A DNA stretch of 60,082 nt, the filler included, from Bipalium vagum (taxonomy: Eukaryota): NCBI GenBank assembly GCA_037834085.1. It is 3 parts of 3 records of this genome, joined end to end, with 100 filler letters (N's around TTAATTAATTAA, not from the genome) between each part and the next. Parts side by side here need not be neighbours in the genome. Positions count along the whole stretch, not along the records: positions 1 to 27,261 come from JBBMKC010098064.1; positions 27,362 to 43,344 come from JBBMKC010134669.1; 1 more part is not named here. The stretch is one strand, 5' to 3'. Shown piece by piece: positions 23,401-37,700 of this stretch (positions are counted from its first letter, which is position 1; each line of letters starts with the position of its first letter). The translations under genes were made by a program, and so were the position numbers. The notes beneath the pieces were generated by a model. The model was not told the DNA's origin, did no database searches, and worked only from the letters and a program-made list of their open reading frames with translations.

Positions 23401-26400
23401 ACTCGACATTTTATTGATTTTATTTAAAGTTTCGGTAATATTATTTCGAAAATTTTATTTTTCCGCAATTTAATCTCAATAAATCTGTCTGATAAATGTT
23501 GTCAACGGGGATTTTCTGTTTCACAAGCCCAGACTTTATATTATGAGTTCAGGACCAATTGTTTCTTATATTTAGTTTTGAGAAATGCTGCTTAAAAAGC
23601 CCCATCGACTGCATCCAAAAACAGTATAAAAATATAAATAATATAACAGTTCATCAACGATGACTAAAAGTCGAGATCGATTTCCAGGAACATGTCATGG
23701 TAATATTTACAAAGAAATGACATTTGCAACGTAATTGATACGGGGATTTTCGTATTACACCAAGTCAGGAATTCCGTGTCTGAAACCGAATCGTTCTATT
23801 ACATAAATAATGATATATTAGGGCCGCTCAAAAAACATGATTTCCTGACTGCTGTCTAAATGACATTGATTATGTTTCCGCTAGCTTTCGGCCACAAAAT
23901 CCACCCACTATTTTCTAATGACGACCGTTTATAATAGAGCAAATCTGATCAAGCTGACTTTGATCTTCAACTTTGAGATTAATCAATGACATTCTGTAAC
24001 AATTGACAGAATTGGAAACCACCAGTTCACTTGTGAAAAGGCGTGCTTTGGAACGATTATTATTAAATTCAATAAAGTTTGACAGCGCAATTATCTTTTG
24101 TTTTATCATTCGATGATGAACCCCGACGATCGACGAAAAAGAAAGGGAAATCATTTTCACGATTTTTGTGAAATTATTTTCCAAGGTTGGAATCTTTACC
24201 GAATGATGCGGATTTATGTGGAGCGTTTTCGAACCGAGGTTCCAGAAAATTTTTATGAAATTACTTTTTTCAACTAAATTATTATTTTCTTTTTTACTCT
24301 TAAGTTTTGAATGGACAGATTGACGGCAAATGTCAGTCTTTCTCCATGATTACACAACAACGGTTATTTCACAACACGTTCCGGTGTCTTTCCGGTTCTT
24401 ATCTTTCATTCAGTAATAAATGACAACTCTTCCTTTCTTGGATATTTATTGATATATAAGAAACGAATAGACCATTTCTCGCATGGACAATCACTGATAG
24501 AGTGAGATTAAGAGACATTACAAAAGGTTCAGTGAGATTCCGCTGCGTATTTCTTGGTTTCGTATGCAAACAAATAAATCAGTACTGCCCATAATTCATT
24601 CTCTAAAATAATAAGCATACTACTTTTACATTGTAACATTTATCAGTCACAAGAAGTACCTTTGTCTAAAAACCGAGGAAATAATACAGAAACTCTGAAT
24701 AGCTTGGTTCTTTTACACAATATCGCTTAAACATTTAAACTATTAAGCAAAGATAAGCATGTTAAACAAAGCCTTCTCAGATCGTGCCAAGGGTCAAAAC
24801 ATGACGTTACACAATCTTCTGAAGAATATCGACTCACAAAGACTTATCTTACATAAGAAATGCCAAGCTGTGGCCACAGATTTCATTTTGCTTCTTACTT
24901 GAAATTTATTTTCTATCTTACAATAATAGAGAGAGTTGATGAGTTCTCTCCACAAGATAAAATGACAATAAGGACTCAATGATAACAACGAATTTCCTGT
25001 AATAGGAAATTTATTTAAGACAGTTTCACTTATGAAACACTTTCAAAATGAAATGATTCGATCATACAGTCATCATTTTAAGTTTATCAATTATACAAGG
25101 ATCCTTCCAATATTAAGTCACGGTTTTTAAAAAAATATGTAAGAAAATCGTGAAAATTCTCCATACGTTGCTTGAAGCCAAAAGAAATATCGTCGATTTT
25201 CCGAAATTATAAGGATTAAGACTCATTTCATTTTATACAAATATACAAAAGGTCACAATAGTCTTCCTGGAAAGAATAGAACCAATAATGGTTGAAACCA
25301 TGTCCAATAATACAGTATTGACGTCTACCATGGAGAGTGGGCCCAAACAAATTGCGAAATCTGTTTTAGGCTATCAAATATAATAATAAAGTAAAAAAGA
25401 TAAATAGTATTTTAACTTTTCATGGATAAAAATACCCAACGGATTTTATATAAATTATCCTCAGCGCACAACCGTCGCGAAAAGTGGAAAAAATAATGAT
25501 TTTATCCCAATTATTATTTTTATGCTATTATGGTTATTATTAAGAGAGGATTCTTATCGAAAATAAATTAAAATTAATTTTAATAAAAATAATAATAATT
25601 ATAATTATAATAATGAGAATAGTAATAATAATAAATTAATAATAATAATTATAATAAAAATTAATAATAATAATTAATAATAAAATTTTTTATTTAACAC
25701 GGAGGCAAAATGACAGGTTCAGTTATCATTCTCGTCATCACTTAAATAATGAAATTGATCTTTTGATAACAATAATAGGGCAAACCTATTTTGGATCCAA
25801 AAACTGTTTGGAATCGATCTCTATCTTACTGATAACAACTGGAGTCCATCGCGGACTATTAAAACAAAAAAATAATTAATAGTTTTCCTGATTTCTTTTA
25901 TCAAAATCGTTAGAAACGGTATTAAAACATTCTTGGTACAAAGAAAATGAAGTATAAGGACTATGCTAGAGTGTTTAATAAAGAGCAGTTTTATAAAAAC
26001 CATAAAACGGTCTAGGATAAATTTTGAGATAAAATATTTATAATTTTTACGAAAAAGATTTTTTTCCAGTGTCAATGTTTGAATAAGTAATCCCCTTACT
26101 AAAAGCAGGAACAAACAATGTGGGATTTTACTTTGGATTCGGGAAACTTAATTTCGATGTTTAGCGAAGGTTCAGCTGGGCCACGACGTAATAAGTTGGA
26201 AAAACGGTGACATTAGATTTTTCATTAATGATGCTGGTACATGGTTCCTTCCTGGTTTTAATGTTGTTATCTAAACAAAAGTATCAGCTCCAATTCTTGA
26301 GCTTGGAGATTTGGAGATCTGTGATCACGGGATGAGACTGTCATGGAAAACCGAAAAAAATATATAGTTTTAATGGGATTTTTCAAAGTCAGAAACCAAA

Positions 26401-27261
26401 TTACGGATTCAACAAAGAAATCGGCGATATGACAATCTTTAACAAAAGAAATGTGAGAGTTCGCATTGCCAAAATGGCCAAAGCATCCTATGAAGAGTGG
26501 AGGGAGGCCTTTGAGAGCGTCCGGTTACTTTACCGATCTTGTAGCTTTTGATTTTCATCTCATCTGATTGCTGCAGGATGATTTATGCAATGTTTCCTTC
26601 AGTAGTCAATTGAAATTGGGAGTGCATTGTTAGTTGAATATTGTTCCCAGCGTGTTGGTGGTATTATATATTAAACAGAATAACTGATTCGTGAAGTCAA
26701 ACACCAGGGAAAAAACAAACGGATATTGGTTATTTTCCAGCTCAACAAACACAATTCGTGAAAGCAAGGAAAGTGAAACTGATTTTTTCTTATTAAGAAG
26801 ATATCACAAACAGTTTAAGTCCTTTTAAGCTCTCAGAAAGACGAAATCAACAAAGACTTCAATGTTTCCAATTATCCAGAATTTTGATAATCAGTCTCAA
26901 GAATATATCTTAATACAGGTTCTAGGGGGTATTGATTAAAGCCATTGAAACTGGGTAATAGGTAGGGAGTCAATTTTTCTCACTTTCATTCAGTCCTACA
27001 GGACGTCTCCTCCTTGCATTTATATCTTTACTCTGGTGCGAGAAATGTTATGTAAAATAAAATGACCCAGTTTAATTGAGAGGTCTTTTCTGGAACTGAT
27101 AAATATATAATCTTAAAAATATATAGAGAAATAAAATTGTCTCCTTATTCTCGTTTTTTCCAATCAATGCTTTTCTTTGAGAATATATACAGGGTGAGCG
27201 AGTAGAATTGGCGCGGAAAATGAATTAATGAAAAACAACTGTAAAAGTTATAATTTTAAAT

Positions 27262-27361
27262 NNNNNNNNNNNNNNNNNNNNNNNNNNNNNNNNNNNNNNN
27301 NNNNNTTAATTAATTAANNNNNNNNNNNNNNNNNNNNNNNNNNNNNNNNNNNNNNNNNNNN
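27262..27361. other. artificial assembly spacer N44-TTAATTAATTAA-N44
   Basis: Exactly 100 nt; palindromic six-frame stop linker at 27306-27317. Confidence 0.98.
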
Positions 27362-27376
27362 TTATTATTATTGTTA

Positions 27377-27431
<55 letters not shown>

Positions 27432-27440
27432 CATTATTGT
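27362..27440. repeat. (ATT)n microsatellite at contig start
   Basis: About 26 units with a few variants. Confidence 0.9.
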
Positions 27441-27644
27441 TGAAATATATATTTTAAGGAATTTTGGAAATTAAATAAATATAGGGGAATAAAAAATTCC
27501 ACGCTTTTACATTTTTATTCTGTAAAGTATTTTTATACTATGAAGTATACATTATATATATGGAAATATATATGGAAAGGCTAAAAACTAATTTGACTCT
27601 ACAGAAATTTTGAGGATACTTAAAAAAAACTTGCAATTAAAATA

Positions 27645-28200
27645 TACGAGGGTGAGTCAAAAAATAACATGAATAAGTATAAATATACGATTAATTTAAA
27701 TATTTTAATTTTTGTTTGCACTAGATTAGATTACTTCAAAAGAATTTTCGAAAATATGGAATGTCGCAGTATGACACTTTTTTCACTTTTCAGGGGAAAT
27801 CGCAAAAATGAAATTAATTGTCAGATTTAAGGGCGACCATTGGGATCGGATAATTTTAATCTGGTCGGATGTGTTTTCGATTCAATCAAAAACGGAAGAT
27901 CTATAGAAATTATTAAAGAAATTACTAAACTATTGAAAAATATAGTGAAAAGGTAATGAAAAATTACTCCAACGGAACTATCTAAAACCTAAATGTTTGC
28001 AAATTAATCGTTCAGCTGCTTCTAGAGCAAATGAGAATCTGAAATTTATGTAACAGGTTCATGTCGAGATTTTTAACAGCTGAAATGATATCTAGACGAA
28101 AAATGGCCTGTGAAAGGACCCTTCGTTTTCTGAATGCAGTCCGACCAAATTTTTTATCGAATTTTGTAACTATAGACGAGACGTCATTGAGCCTACCTTC
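27645..28200 (+). mobile_element. mariner 5' portion, truncated
   Basis: TIR TACGAGGGTGAGTCAAAAA; FVTIDET first catalytic Asp motif at ~28163. Confidence 0.7.
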
Positions 28201-28204
28201 CTTT

Positions 28205-29093
28205 CTCTAAATGAGAGTTAAAGGAATTCGTTTTCGAAATTCGAATTTAGAAGTACATTTGATTTATAAAATCTTGTATCAAAAGATGTTTTTGTCGGTA
28301 AGATACAGATTTCGTCGGACCCTGATATGTCAGTCCAACCCATACAACCAATTTCAAAGGATATTTTCTCTTTGGAAAAAATCCACCTTTTAAATTTGCA
28401 TCTTTTCTAGACACAGCATAAACGACGTCTGTTGTGTTGATTAAGCTGATCATCTGCATCAAAAGATTTTTCATCACTAAACATAATTTTGTTCACTGCC
28501 TGTTTACCAAATCTTTTTCTTAACCAACATGAGCACGTCTTTCGTCTATTGATTTGGGACTCAGATAGATAGGGAACTTTTATTTTCCTGTAGCATATAA
28601 ATCCCAAGTCATTATAATATATTATCAAGTATAATATTTCCAATAGTTTCTCTTGAACATTTGAAATCTAAAGCTAACTTTCTAGCTGATTTCTTTTTTG
28701 TTTGTTTGTTTTAAGGTTTGTTTTAATTTTTTTGATAAATGTTTTCGTTCTTACGGTTCTTGAACGTCAGCGGAATTTCGAGCAAGTAATGATTTTTCCT
28801 CTTTTATTAGTTTAGTCTATCTATAAATAGTGGACTTTGGTACCGTTTTTGCTACAGCTTCATAAATTTCTTCCGGTGTTTTCCCATTTTCATAATGGGT
28901 TTTTATCAAATTTCTTACACAGCTCTCATACGTCATTATCTAAAAGAAAATATTGCTAAAAATAACGTATGTTTATTTTGCAAGATATTAAAAACCTTGC
29001 CATAAATTAAATCAATTAATAATTCAAATTTAAATTTTTTATTTTAAAAATAATGTATTTAAACAATTTATCATTCTTTATTGGCCACCCGTT
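28205..29093 (-). mobile_element. Tc1/maT-like element, 3'-truncated
   Basis: IMFSDEKSF, NQHNRR, LVVWVGLTYQG; terminus TAACGGGTGGCCAATAA. Confidence 0.8.
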
Positions 29094-30547
29094 ATAATTG
29101 AATATTAACAGAAATTTAGTTTATTAACTGTTATGTTATTTATTATTGATTTGTTTTAATAAATAGTTCTTGATATCAACGTGCTATCTTTCTACATCAC
29201 TAGGTCATAAAGAACGAACGAACTGTAACTATAATCAATAAATATATAATTGATCAAAGTCGAGAAATAAAGTTTTAAAATAATTTAAGTCTTTCCTAGA
29301 TTCACAAACAAAGCTTATTTATTTTTCGAAAAGGATAATAAAAATTACCCAACCATTAATAAAACAATACTACATGAGAAAATAAATATAATTTATAACA
29401 ACTGTATTTATTATCTTAATTAAATAATGTATAAAAAGAAAATATCGAGGTGAATATTTTTGGAGAACATATACGAAATAATAACAAACTTGACAGAAAA
29501 CAAACTTCAGCATGATATTTTTGTAATTTTATAACTATTAGTAAGTTATATTATACAATTATTAAATTTTCTATGAATAATTAAAAGGACAATAAGTTTA
29601 TTACCATAAGCATTTTTTACCATAATTTTTTTTAAAGTATAAAGTATTATTTTAAAATCAGTGTGATCTTTGTAATTCAAATGAATACCAATTTTCTTAA
29701 AGCCAGGGTTCGTGAGTAAAGAACAGGGTTAAAAATAATAAGAAATCCAGTCTTCGAGTATTGCATTAATTATTATTCTGAAACACATTACTGATTTACT
29801 ATTCACTACTTAGTCAATTCTAAGCCGGAATGTTACCTCCCCATCTATCGTATTCCCCTGTAATGAAAGTCAACTTATTTAATTATATCAGAAAATCATT
29901 TACAGGCATATAATATGCAGTGATTACGATTCTATTAAGCAAATCTAGAGATAGAATATGATCGATATAATGATATCCTGGTAAATTGAGTTACAAAGAT
30001 ATCTTTTAATATTAATGTAAATTAATAAATTAATTAAATACTTCTAAAATTAATAACTGATTTTATAATTAAAAAAACAGAATAATACTGAGTACCGAAC
30101 GCTTAGAAGAGTGAATGGAAAACATCGCTCATATGGTCCTTTTAATTTTACTCTTAAACTCTTTTCTTAATTACATTAAAGAAATAATTTTTTTCTAAGA
30201 CTATCTAAGAATAAATAAATAATTAATCAAGAAATATCAATTGCAAAAGTCCATTTTTCTTAATACAAAATATTAGAATTAATGAATTATTTTTTTTATA
30301 AGAAATGTTTCTGACATGTAATAATTACTCTATACAAAAATTAATCATTCGATAACACCCAAAATAGAATAAAAATAAAATTAAACAATATCTCTAATTA
30401 GAAATTTTGAAAAATAAAATAAGAAATCTGATCTTTTAAAATTTAAATTTTTGATAAACAATGAGCATTTTTATATTGATAATTTGTTCCCTTTCATCCT
30501 CAGAACCAATAGACAATTCTAGTATTTTCATTAGTCATTATATTAAG

Positions 30548-31605
30548 TAAGGGCAAAGGTTTTGCAACAAAAGATTCATGCAAAAATTTATTAAACAAAT
30601 TCATTAGTAACAAAAAATAATGTCGCTTTTTAATATTGAAATTTAAAAGCGTATATTCAAATAAAAAAACTTTATTTATTGAAATAAGAATCAGCCAATT
30701 CAACATACTTTAGTCAACAAGTCAGAAGTTTATCTATGCCCGTTTATTAAAATTCCTGACTTCTGAAATCGATCATATCGTTGAAGGCTTTTTAAAAATC
30801 ATCCTGATTTCTGAAGCATTTTTCCTTAAAGACGTTTCGCAAGTGTTTAAAGAAATGTTAGTCAATGGGTGGAGGGTCTGGCAATTATAGTGGAAGAGGT
30901 ATGGTTTCATAGTCCAACTGTTTAATTTCTTTAAGACCGATTGTGCCACATGTGAACAAGCGTTATCATAAAGAAGAATCGATTCTTTCTTATTGACTAC
31001 TGATGACTGTTGTTATCGAAGTTTCAAATGCATTTCGTCGATTTCATAAAAATATTTTCCTACCGTAATGGTTTCACCTGGCTTTAAAAAATGTAATCAA
31101 TCAACATCACATTCTTTTGATGTAAATCTTGTTTTAGACAATGTTGTTAAGCATTGAGCAGAGGGATACCGATTGCCATAATTCAGTTTTCATCTCACAT
31201 CTCAATAAAGGGATTATTATTGTTGAGGAAAATGAGTGACGAGGCAATTTCAAATAGACGATTTTTTTGGTTTTCGTTCAATTGATGAAAAACAAATCTG
31301 TTCAACTTTTCTCCTTTACTAATTTCTCCAAAGTGGTTCCAATTTTGTTTAAATAGAGAGATCCATTTCCTCTTCAAGTTCCTGAACTGCTGTACGTGGA
31401 TTTGCCTTCACCAAAGTCTTTAAATTTTCCTTTTCAATGATAATCTTTTAAATATCATTTCTATTTAAAGACATAATATGGAAAGATCAAATAGAAAAAA
31501 TAAAAATTAAGCAACTAATATTTTATTATTTTGAATTATTACTAATCTGAATTTTTAAAAATTTTATTTTATTTGAAAGTATTGCAAAACCTTTGCCCAT
31601 TCCAA
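30548..31605 (-). mobile_element. decayed mariner with both TIRs
   Basis: gggcaaaggttttgcaa (30551) / ttgcaaaacctttgccc (31582); LYDNA and degraded YSPDLAP remnants. Confidence 0.8.
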
Positions 31606-32370
31606 GTCAAATTAGTTTTTTTACAAAGAAACTGTAAGCTGTCAAAATATGTCGTCACAATAACAAAAATATAACAAATCTTAGCCAACAAAGAATATTT
31701 TCGAATTTCTAAATTTTATTTATTCTATGAATATAGTTAACTATCACTGTAAACATTGATAAATTAATGACTTATTAGAAGATTTTAGAAAAATGGATAT
31801 GTCTAATAATTTTTAGAATTTAATATCACTGTTCCTATTGATAAAAATCTAAAATCAAACAACAAACAAAAGTTTATATGTTAAAAATTTATTATTTATT
31901 GTGTAAATAATTTGGTTTTAATTATCAAGAGTAATAAAAAATAAAAATAGTCAGAAAAATTTATATGCATACAAATCTTTTTAAAATGGAGAATTAAAAA
32001 TGAGATTAATTACAAGCTCTATTTTCAAAATTTGACTTGTAAATCTTAATTCAAAAAATATGTCAGTTTTTATTTTCAATTAGAAAGCTTTCCATTGTCA
32101 ATTTTAAAAGAAATTCTAATCAGAAACGAAACGAATTAACTTTTTAAAAAGATAATATTTATGAGAATCTTCTTCGTTTCTCAATTGTATATTGTTCAAA
32201 AACGAAAAAATTCAAATAGAACTGGTTCAAAATTTCATTGATTTTAAGCACTGTCAATTCAATCAACTTCTATTCAAATCTAATAAAGTTATATAATAGT
32301 TATATATTATGTTGTAATATTATTGTCGTGATTTTGAACAATATATATTGTATATATTTAAATTGTAATA

Positions 32371-32607
32371 TATCAGGTTGTGTAGTATGAAATTTGTAGG
32401 TAATGAGATTGCCAACTTTAATTGTTGTTTATTTGTTATCGGCTTGATATTTTACCATTGTTTTTTGTGTTGGTAAATTATATATCTGTCTTGTTTGAAA
32501 ATATCATTTTAATCTGATAAAGTATAAATCAATTGTTTAAATTAATCATTAATTTATTAAAAAACTTTGTTTTTCATTTTACAAATTTCATACTACACAA
32601 CCTGATA
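32371..32607. mobile_element. mariner (Mos1/mauritiana-like) MITE
   Basis: Perfect 28-nt inverted ends TATCAGGTTGTGTAGTATGAAATTTGTA including the TA target site. Confidence 0.9.
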
Positions 32608-32914
32608 CAATTATTAATAAATTGTAATATTGTATTTACAAATAATAGTTAAAAATCAATTGATAACGTAATTTCTTTATTATTTAGGACTGTCACCCCA
32701 TCTTTCCACCAGATATTTATAGATTTCCTCAGAAAGAAATCAGTCAATCACTAATTAAGCTCATATTCATCTCAAATGTATTGTCTTTCATTTGGTTAGA
32801 GGCTAATTTTGACAGTATTTGCTGTGTGCGTTTTAATGAAGAAGAATGAATTTGGCTCATTTATCTTGTGTCTTCTCCTTAATAATGTCGTTTATTCTAC
32901 CTAATAGATTCAAA

Positions 32915-34107
32915 CAGTAGTTACCATTAAATTAATGACATACAAAAAATTTTTTTTACGTATAATTGAAAACTAAGCCAAAATAATATACATATAAATA
33001 TTTATTATGCTTAAGTGATATTGGTATCGAATTAATGAAAAGTTAGTGAATTTATATTTATTCGTTTTGCTATTCGTTTCATATAGATTTTGGGTTATAA
33101 ACAAGATTTATGTGATTTCAAAAAAGGTCAGATTGTAGCTCTGAAATCTGAAGGCTTGAAAGCTTGAAAGCATGTCTGATGAAAAATACTAAAAGAAAGA
33201 ATTGCCAACGTGCTCGCAAAACAAGTGCCCGTGATGATTGTTTTTAAAATCCGTAGTTACGGCATGTTCTATGACGTCGTCTGCAAGAATTAGCCAGCTG
33301 GCAAAGGAAAGAGGCATTGACGTAAGTGCACGATCTCTACGTCGACGACTGGTGAAGTATTTTGGTATATTAGCAAGACGTCCAGCAAAAAAACCACTAT
33401 TGACAAAAGCTCAAATAGCTGGAAGAATAAAATTCTGCAAAGAGTTGAAGGACAAACCACCTGAATGGTGGCATCAAGTTATGTTCACAGATGAAAGTAC
33501 GTTCCAACAAGTAAGAAGTACAGGTTAAAATTATGTCAGACGACCATCAGGCCAGCGGTTCAACCCCAAATTTACTATGAAAACTGTTAAGCATCCTCCA
33601 TCTTTGATGGTATGGGGAGGAATAACTGTAAAAGGAACGTTTGGTCTACATATATTCCAAAAAGGCGAGACAATAAATGCTCAAAAATACATAAGCGTCA
33701 TTGATAATAAAGTCAAAAATCACATTACGGGATTGTCCGTAAATGGTTCACTGATAACAGTAAATGTTCTTCAAAATTGGCCATCCAATTCACCGGACCT
33801 AAATGTTATTGAAAACTGCTGGTGTATTATGAAACAAAAGGTTGCTGCCCATCAACCAACCTCTGAAAAGTGTGGAGAACGGATATAACGCCAAATTATT
33901 GTAAAAACTTGGTTGAAAGTATGCCTAGGCTTATACAAGAAATACTTGACAATAAGGGTTATTCTTCTAAATACTGACATTTATCAAAAATAAATGTAAA
34001 TAATGTTGTAAATAAATCCCCTTGTATTACTTGCTCTGAATTTTATATATATTTTTATACTTTATCTTTATTTTTTAATAGTGTCCTTAATTTAATGGCC
34101 ACTACTG
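32915..34107 (+). mobile_element. Tc1-family element, near full length, disrupted transposase
   Basis: TIRs CAGTAGTTACCATTAAATTAA / TTAATTTAATGGCCACTACTG; RRPAKKPLL, VMFTDESTF, TVKHPPSLMVWG, WPSNSPDLNVIENCW; stop at 33526 and internal deletion. Confidence 0.92.
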
Positions 34108-34497
34108 CATATAGTTGCTTGTCGAATTGATGGTTTTTCTGGATCATTTTGGTAGCGTATATAACTAATCCAATTCAACCAAACCTAATCCCATGATTTT
34201 CTTGGATTGCAAATCTTGTTTAATTCTGGACGTTGAGATTTCCCGGAGCCAACCATTCCTTCCTGTGCCTCAAGTTTGTATAAGAACACCATTCCTCCTG
34301 CCCGTAGTCATTCGATAAAGAAACTGTTCTATGTAGCAAGATTTTTGACTTGAATATTTAAAAAAATTTATTTAATTTTTCATTCATCCGATATATTACA
34401 TATTCAGTTATTGACTATACCCATTTGATTTTTAATTAAGTATATGAATATAGTTATGATTTTAAACAAAAAAATTAAAATAATAAAATAACCCAAC

Positions 34498-34707
34498 CTT
34501 TAAATCGCAAACAACTCTGACTTCTCCAGATTCTATGAAAAACATTTCTAAGCCAGGTTTACCTTGTTCTAAAATCATTTCTTCATCCTCATACGTTCTT
34601 GAAATTAAAGCGTCAGCTACGTTTGTTCGATCATATGCACTAAGTTCTCCAAGAAGAGCTACGGATTGCAAAAGATTTTCGTACATTTGGCGTTTCTTAA
34701 AAGCATT
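34498..34707 (-). CDS. PRKAR2: PKA-RII exon, N-terminal part of CNB-B
   Basis: tttcag|[16 protein letters not shown]...VADAL...[15 protein letters not shown]|gttggg. Confidence 0.9.
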
Positions 34708-37700
34708 CTGAAAGTTTTTCATAGTTAAATATTGTGAAAATTGTTTCAACGATTTTTTAAAAATACCCAAAATTTAAAGAAATTAATACTTATGAAAAAA
34801 ATATTGAGAAACAAACAGAAATGTTACTAATTTCACTGATGCATTAATTTCTTATTCAAATCTTCAAGTGTTCAAAAGATTATTAAGAATTTGGTAAAAT
34901 CTAAAATTAAAGCTGAAAAAACACGATTTAAGTCATAAAAATATTCCTATTATCCTTTATCATTTATATACAAATCTTATAATACTAATCTATGATAACA
35001 ATAAAGTTTGACAATATTTAGTTAAAGTAAAAAGAATAAATAAAATTATTTTCAAAAAGACAAAGAAAAAGTCCATAACAAAATCTCTTCAAATTATTTG
35101 ATAAAAGCAACTGACAGGCCGAGTAAAATTCCGCTTGACAGCCACAACTCTTTAGAAAGCCTTGAGATAAAATATATAGAATGAATTTTGTTGTAGATCT
35201 ACCGTTATTGATTTTTTTCAAAAGGAAATTCAAAATAAACCTAACTCGGGAAGGAATATATCAGAGCAGTAGCAATAAAGTAGATGTACATCAATAAAAT
35301 AAAAGTTTAAAAGAAATAAATCTTAATAAATTTTAAATTTTAAAAAAAAATAATTTATAATATTTTTTAAACTTTTTAATAATATTTTAAATAATTTAAT
35401 GAATATTAAAATAAAATTTTAATTTTATAAAATCTTACAAAGGAAATTATTTTATAAAGAAAATTTTGATTTAACCATATTTAGTCATGTCTTCTACTCT
35501 TCTTTTATAAAGCTTTCAAAAACAAAAGGATCAATGATTCTCTTTTTGCAGTCAAATTTTTAATATTAATTATTGATTATTTATTCATCTGGTATTATAT
35601 GAAATATTAACCTTTTCTTATTTGTTTTCGATTTGAAGCACAATATACATACTTTTAAAACAATATGTCGAAATGTCTTTCGATCCATTATCCAAAGAAT
35701 TCCGGAAGTCTTGGCAACAATTGTTGCTGCACGAGGAGTGTTATACATCAATGCTAATTCTCCGAACGAACCAGAATTTGTATATTCACCAAGTTTGATA
35801 TCATTGACCAAAATATCAAAGATACCTCTGAAGAAAGAAGAAAACCACCAAATATAGAGATGAAATATAGGTTTCTAATCAAACCGAACTTTTCGATAAC
35901 ATAAAAATCATCACCATCATCTCCTTGTTTTATAACGACTTCATCAGGCTCAACTGATATTTCTCGCATAGAATCAATAACTTTACTTCTTTGCTCCTTA
36001 TTTTTGGACGATTAATGCAGGTATATTTTAAAAAAGATAAACATACTTCATCTAAACTTCTAAATAAGAATATTGGCTTAATAGCTTCCACCAGCCGGGA
36101 CCTTTGAACATCGGTTTTAGAATACACGACAGGCTTGTCCTCTTCTTCATCCTCCATTTCTGGATTAAAGCTCTCGGCAGCAACTGTGGAAAAATTAATG
36201 AATATCGATTAACGATTCTTAATCTCATTAAGTCGTCAATTAAGTCTCATAAAATCTTGCTGATCCGAAATTTAGTTTAAAATAATTGAAATGCAAATTT
36301 TGCTAAATCTCAAATCATATTTTCTCAGTAAAAATTGTAAGTATAAATCTTGTTCTAACGAAAATTTGTCTCATTTCACAAGAGGTTTTAACATACTGGG
36401 GATCGGTATATCCTTTTCTTTTTCTTACATGGAAAGAAATTAGAAAAACAAAACTGTTTTGTGTAATTAAAAATATACTAATTTAGAAGTTTAAAAAAAA
36501 AAGAAACTTACCGCTCTGTCGTCTGCCTCTTTGGATTTGCCTTTCTAAATGTTAATAAAAAATAAAAGTATATCATAAAGAAACAGAAATTAAAGAAAAA
36601 CTTAAATTGCGGAAAAGTTTAAATTATGAAATAAATTAATACTTGAAGTTAAAAAATGACATGTCTTTATAAAAGATCTGTTTTATTCAAAGAAAATTGA
36701 TATCTGTGAATACATTTGAAGAAAACATTCCTCGTGATTACCTTTGCTGAAATATCTCGTCTATACTAGAACATCCTTTCTTTCGTATTTCAATAATTTA
36801 TAAAATTTTAATTAATGAAAACTTCATGAAATTACTTTAATTATTATTTAATTATATTATATTAATAAATATTAATCAGAGAACACACTTGCAACCAATT
36901 CATTTTTACTTTCCTTTGCTTGGATATTAATCTCTAGATATCGATGTTTTATTAATAATGATTTTCAAATCTTTCGCTCATCAATATTATCAACATTGCT
37001 TATAATTATTATAAATTCTTCTACATTAACATTGCATTTTTGAGCAATTAATTTTTTGAATGATCTAAGGTTTTACTGGTTCTGCTTAATTGCGGTTGCT
37101 CACTCATTCGCGTTCCGAGGTGACGCTGTGTCTTACTCACAAGAAAGTAATAGAAAAGATTGTAGGTCATGCAGATCTGAAATGAAATTCAATCACAACA
37201 AAAACGAAAAATTATTTTAAAAATAAAATGACAACGCCTGGAATATTGCAAGCTAATATTGTGTACCAATTTGAATGTAATGAGTCTAATGCCTATGCAT
37301 AGGGGATTCAAAGCATCAATGTTCAAAAATTTTTATAAACACAAAATAAATCAAAGCAATTTCAAATTTCTTATGAAATTAAATGAAAATTCTTTTTCTT
37401 TTGGATGGAAATTGATCTACCACCAGAAAAGATATTCCACGCTTTATTTAATTAAAAAAGTTTAATTTCATTTTTATTAATAAAATCAATATATATTAAA
37501 AAATTGATCAATTATAAAACGTCGGCCTAAATCAATTAGACAAAGATAATTGAAAAATATTGACCAAAAGTTTAATTGAAATTTAAAACAGTAAATTATT
37601 TTTTTCTTATCAAAGAATAAAATGTTTTTTTCTTTTGTCTGTCAGAGTTACTGAGAATAAAATTGAATGTAATTTCACTTGCTATTGTGGCGTAGTAAAC

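Noticed and set aside
25167-25520. Signal-peptide exon of the FGFRL gene (KSLFFPLFATVVR)
   Set aside because: No ATG in frame and stops occur before the donor; other frames give the wrong phase.
26130-26270. Exon-like segment as the missing PKA-R 3' exon
   Set aside because: All frames hit stops and none resembles CNB-B.
27306-27317. TTAATTAATTAA palindrome as a biological motif
   Set aside because: Centred in N-runs twice identically; an assembly linker.
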